The notes beneath the pieces are model-generated. The model had not been told where the DNA came from. It ran no database searches and saw nothing but the letters and a program-made list of their open reading frames with translations. Below, one piece after another: positions 62,128-64,000 of a stretch of 64,000 nucleotides of DNA. The stretch spans positions 682,001 through 746,000 of the forward strand of contig NW_019028993.1 in the NCBI RefSeq assembly GCF_002105155.1. The letters are read 5' to 3'. Each line of letters opens with the position of its first letter. Position 1 is the first letter of the stretch. Both the position numbers and the translations under genes were made by a program. This DNA comes from Lobosporangium transversale (Eukaryota).

Positions 62128-63795
62128 TCAAAAACGACTTGTTTCTACAGCGTATTCTATTGCACCCATACCTCCGCCCAAAATAATGACAATTGGTGCA
62201 GGGATATCCAAATATCCCGAGGCTACAAAAGCTGCACTGGCAATCACAACATGGTAGCCACTGTCTCCACCCAACAGATTCGTCTGGATCCACAGCAGCC
62301 ATGTTGCGGAAAACACCAATCCTAGCGCACAGGCGTTAACACCTCTGAACACCATTTTGACCGAGGGATGCTCGCGAACAGATTGCCAGAATGGAATGAT
62401 TGCGTTCTTGAGGATAAGGCCAGGAAAGAAAATAGCCAAATAGCCTAGAATTGCTCCTGGGATACCACTCCGACCAGCATTGACCATGGCAACTGCGCCC
62501 AAAAAGCATGCAAAATTAAAATTAGGCCCTGGCATTGACTGAATAAGAGCGAGTCCCACAAGAAATTGTTGATCCGTCATCCAGCCAGGGTCAACCATGT
62601 ATGTTCTTAACAAAGGGATGATGACTGGGCCGCCACCGAAAATGATGGAGCCCGTAAAATAGAATGTTGCGACTAACGGACCATACTCTGCAGTTTGAGA
62701 GATAGGCACGAGGGCGCGGACGAGGATTGCAGCGATAAGGAGGGCCAAAAACACCAAAAAGAAGAAGAAGCCTAGTTTTTTCGAATATGAGAAGGCCTTT
62801 CGTGTGGTGTCGTGCTGCTAGAGAAATGGGCGAAGCACGAGTGTTAAGGTTTGTTTAAAAGTCATATTTTTTTTCTTTTAAGAAAATAGAGTATACCTTG
62901 ATGTCATCTAAATATTCTTCTGTTTTAGAGGCCCCTATCTTTTCTCGACTCCTAATTGAACCTTTGATGCTGGCGGGTTTTTGTACACTGACTTCAGATT
63001 GCACCAACTCAACATCGCGAGGTTCACCGCAGCCATCTGTAGTTTCAGAATTAGATGGCACCTTTGCGGTCTCCCCTTTCTCCACATCTTTGTCTACGGT
63101 TAGTAGCTCCTTTCCCTTGGGCTTGGTTTTCTGTGCTTTCCGCTGGCTACCAAACGGTGCCAAGAACGCATCAAAGATATAGCTGACAACGCCGCCGGCA
63201 ATCATCACGACAGGCAACAGCCATGGTGCAGTATAAAGAGCTGTAACGCCGCCTGCTACCAATGCCAAAACCCTAGTCAATTTATCCGTGGCTAGCGTTG
63301 TCGACATTCTGTACGCAGCAAGCCCAACTAATCCCAGTGCAGCGGAGGCAAGCCCCTGCTCCAGCCGCGTTGCCCATAAAGGGATTTCCCCTTTAATACT
63401 ACCGATTAAAGTTCCTACGACAGTCATTACAATGGCTCCTGGAATACTATAAAAAAATAAAGATAGTTAAATTCGGTTTAAGGGGCATGTCTGGAAACCT
63501 AAAGACAGCTGTGATTGTACCTCCAAAGAAGAAAGGCTACAATGGAGCAAAGAAAGCCAGATCGGACAAGTGCCAGGCTATAGGCTAATTCTGTGCTTGC
63601 TGGCCCAGGTAGGGCCTGACAAATAGCGAAAAGCTCTGTAAATTGCTCGCTGCTAATCCATTGGCGCTTGACAACGATATCATCATAAAGGATGGCGATA
63701 TGGGCTGCGGGGCCTCCGAAAGTCGTGTAACCAAGCTTGAAATAAGTTTGGATTGTTTCAGTGAGGCGATCCCTTAATGGAGGAAAAGATGCCAT
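62128..63795 (-). CDS. Chromate transporter (CHR family; exons 63521..63795, 62897..63446, 62128..62817)
   Basis: Two homologous halves, GYTTFGGPAAH...QALPGP and GSIIFGGGPVIIPLL...QSMPGPNFN. Intron phases are compatible. Confidence 0.92.
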
Positions 63796-64000
63796 GAGTA
63801 AAGAGAAATGAGCTGGCGGGACCGCAGCAATAGAGAGAGAAAGAGAGAAAGAGAGAGAGAGAGGGAAAGGAGAGAGAATGAACTTGGTGGGAGAGAGATG
63901 AGCGATTCAAGAGGACAATGGAGTCAACATGGAGTGCGAGAATAAAATGTTTAAATAACATTTTCAGGCAAACAAACTTTCCGTGTTTTTCAGATGCAAC

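Overview
Eukaryotic, intron-containing fungal DNA with long poly(A/T) tracts and microsatellites; gene content and style suggest an early-diverging fungus such as Mortierellaceae (inference). The left ~19 kb is a mobile-element cluster. It holds two tandem, divergent Crypton-type tyrosine-recombinase/GCR1-domain genes separated by an inverted-repeat site, a Ty3/Gypsy chromovirus with an extra antisense ORF, an internally deleted tandem copy of that element, and two TA-flanked MITEs. From 19.5 to 29 kb lies a tandem array of five small related ORFs of unknown function, with a micro-inversion between two paralogs. The middle carries host genes: two paralogous C2H2 transcription factors, a glutamine-synthetase-family gene and a Cdc3/AspB-like septin. 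47.5-61 kb is a second element cluster: a head-to-tail chain of RNase H-bearing non-LTR retrotransposons, an intact Tc1 DD34E element, and solo LTRs 11-17 bp upstream of tRNA-Val and tRNA-Leu genes. A chromate transporter gene ends the window. All calls come from reading motifs by eye; no searches were run.
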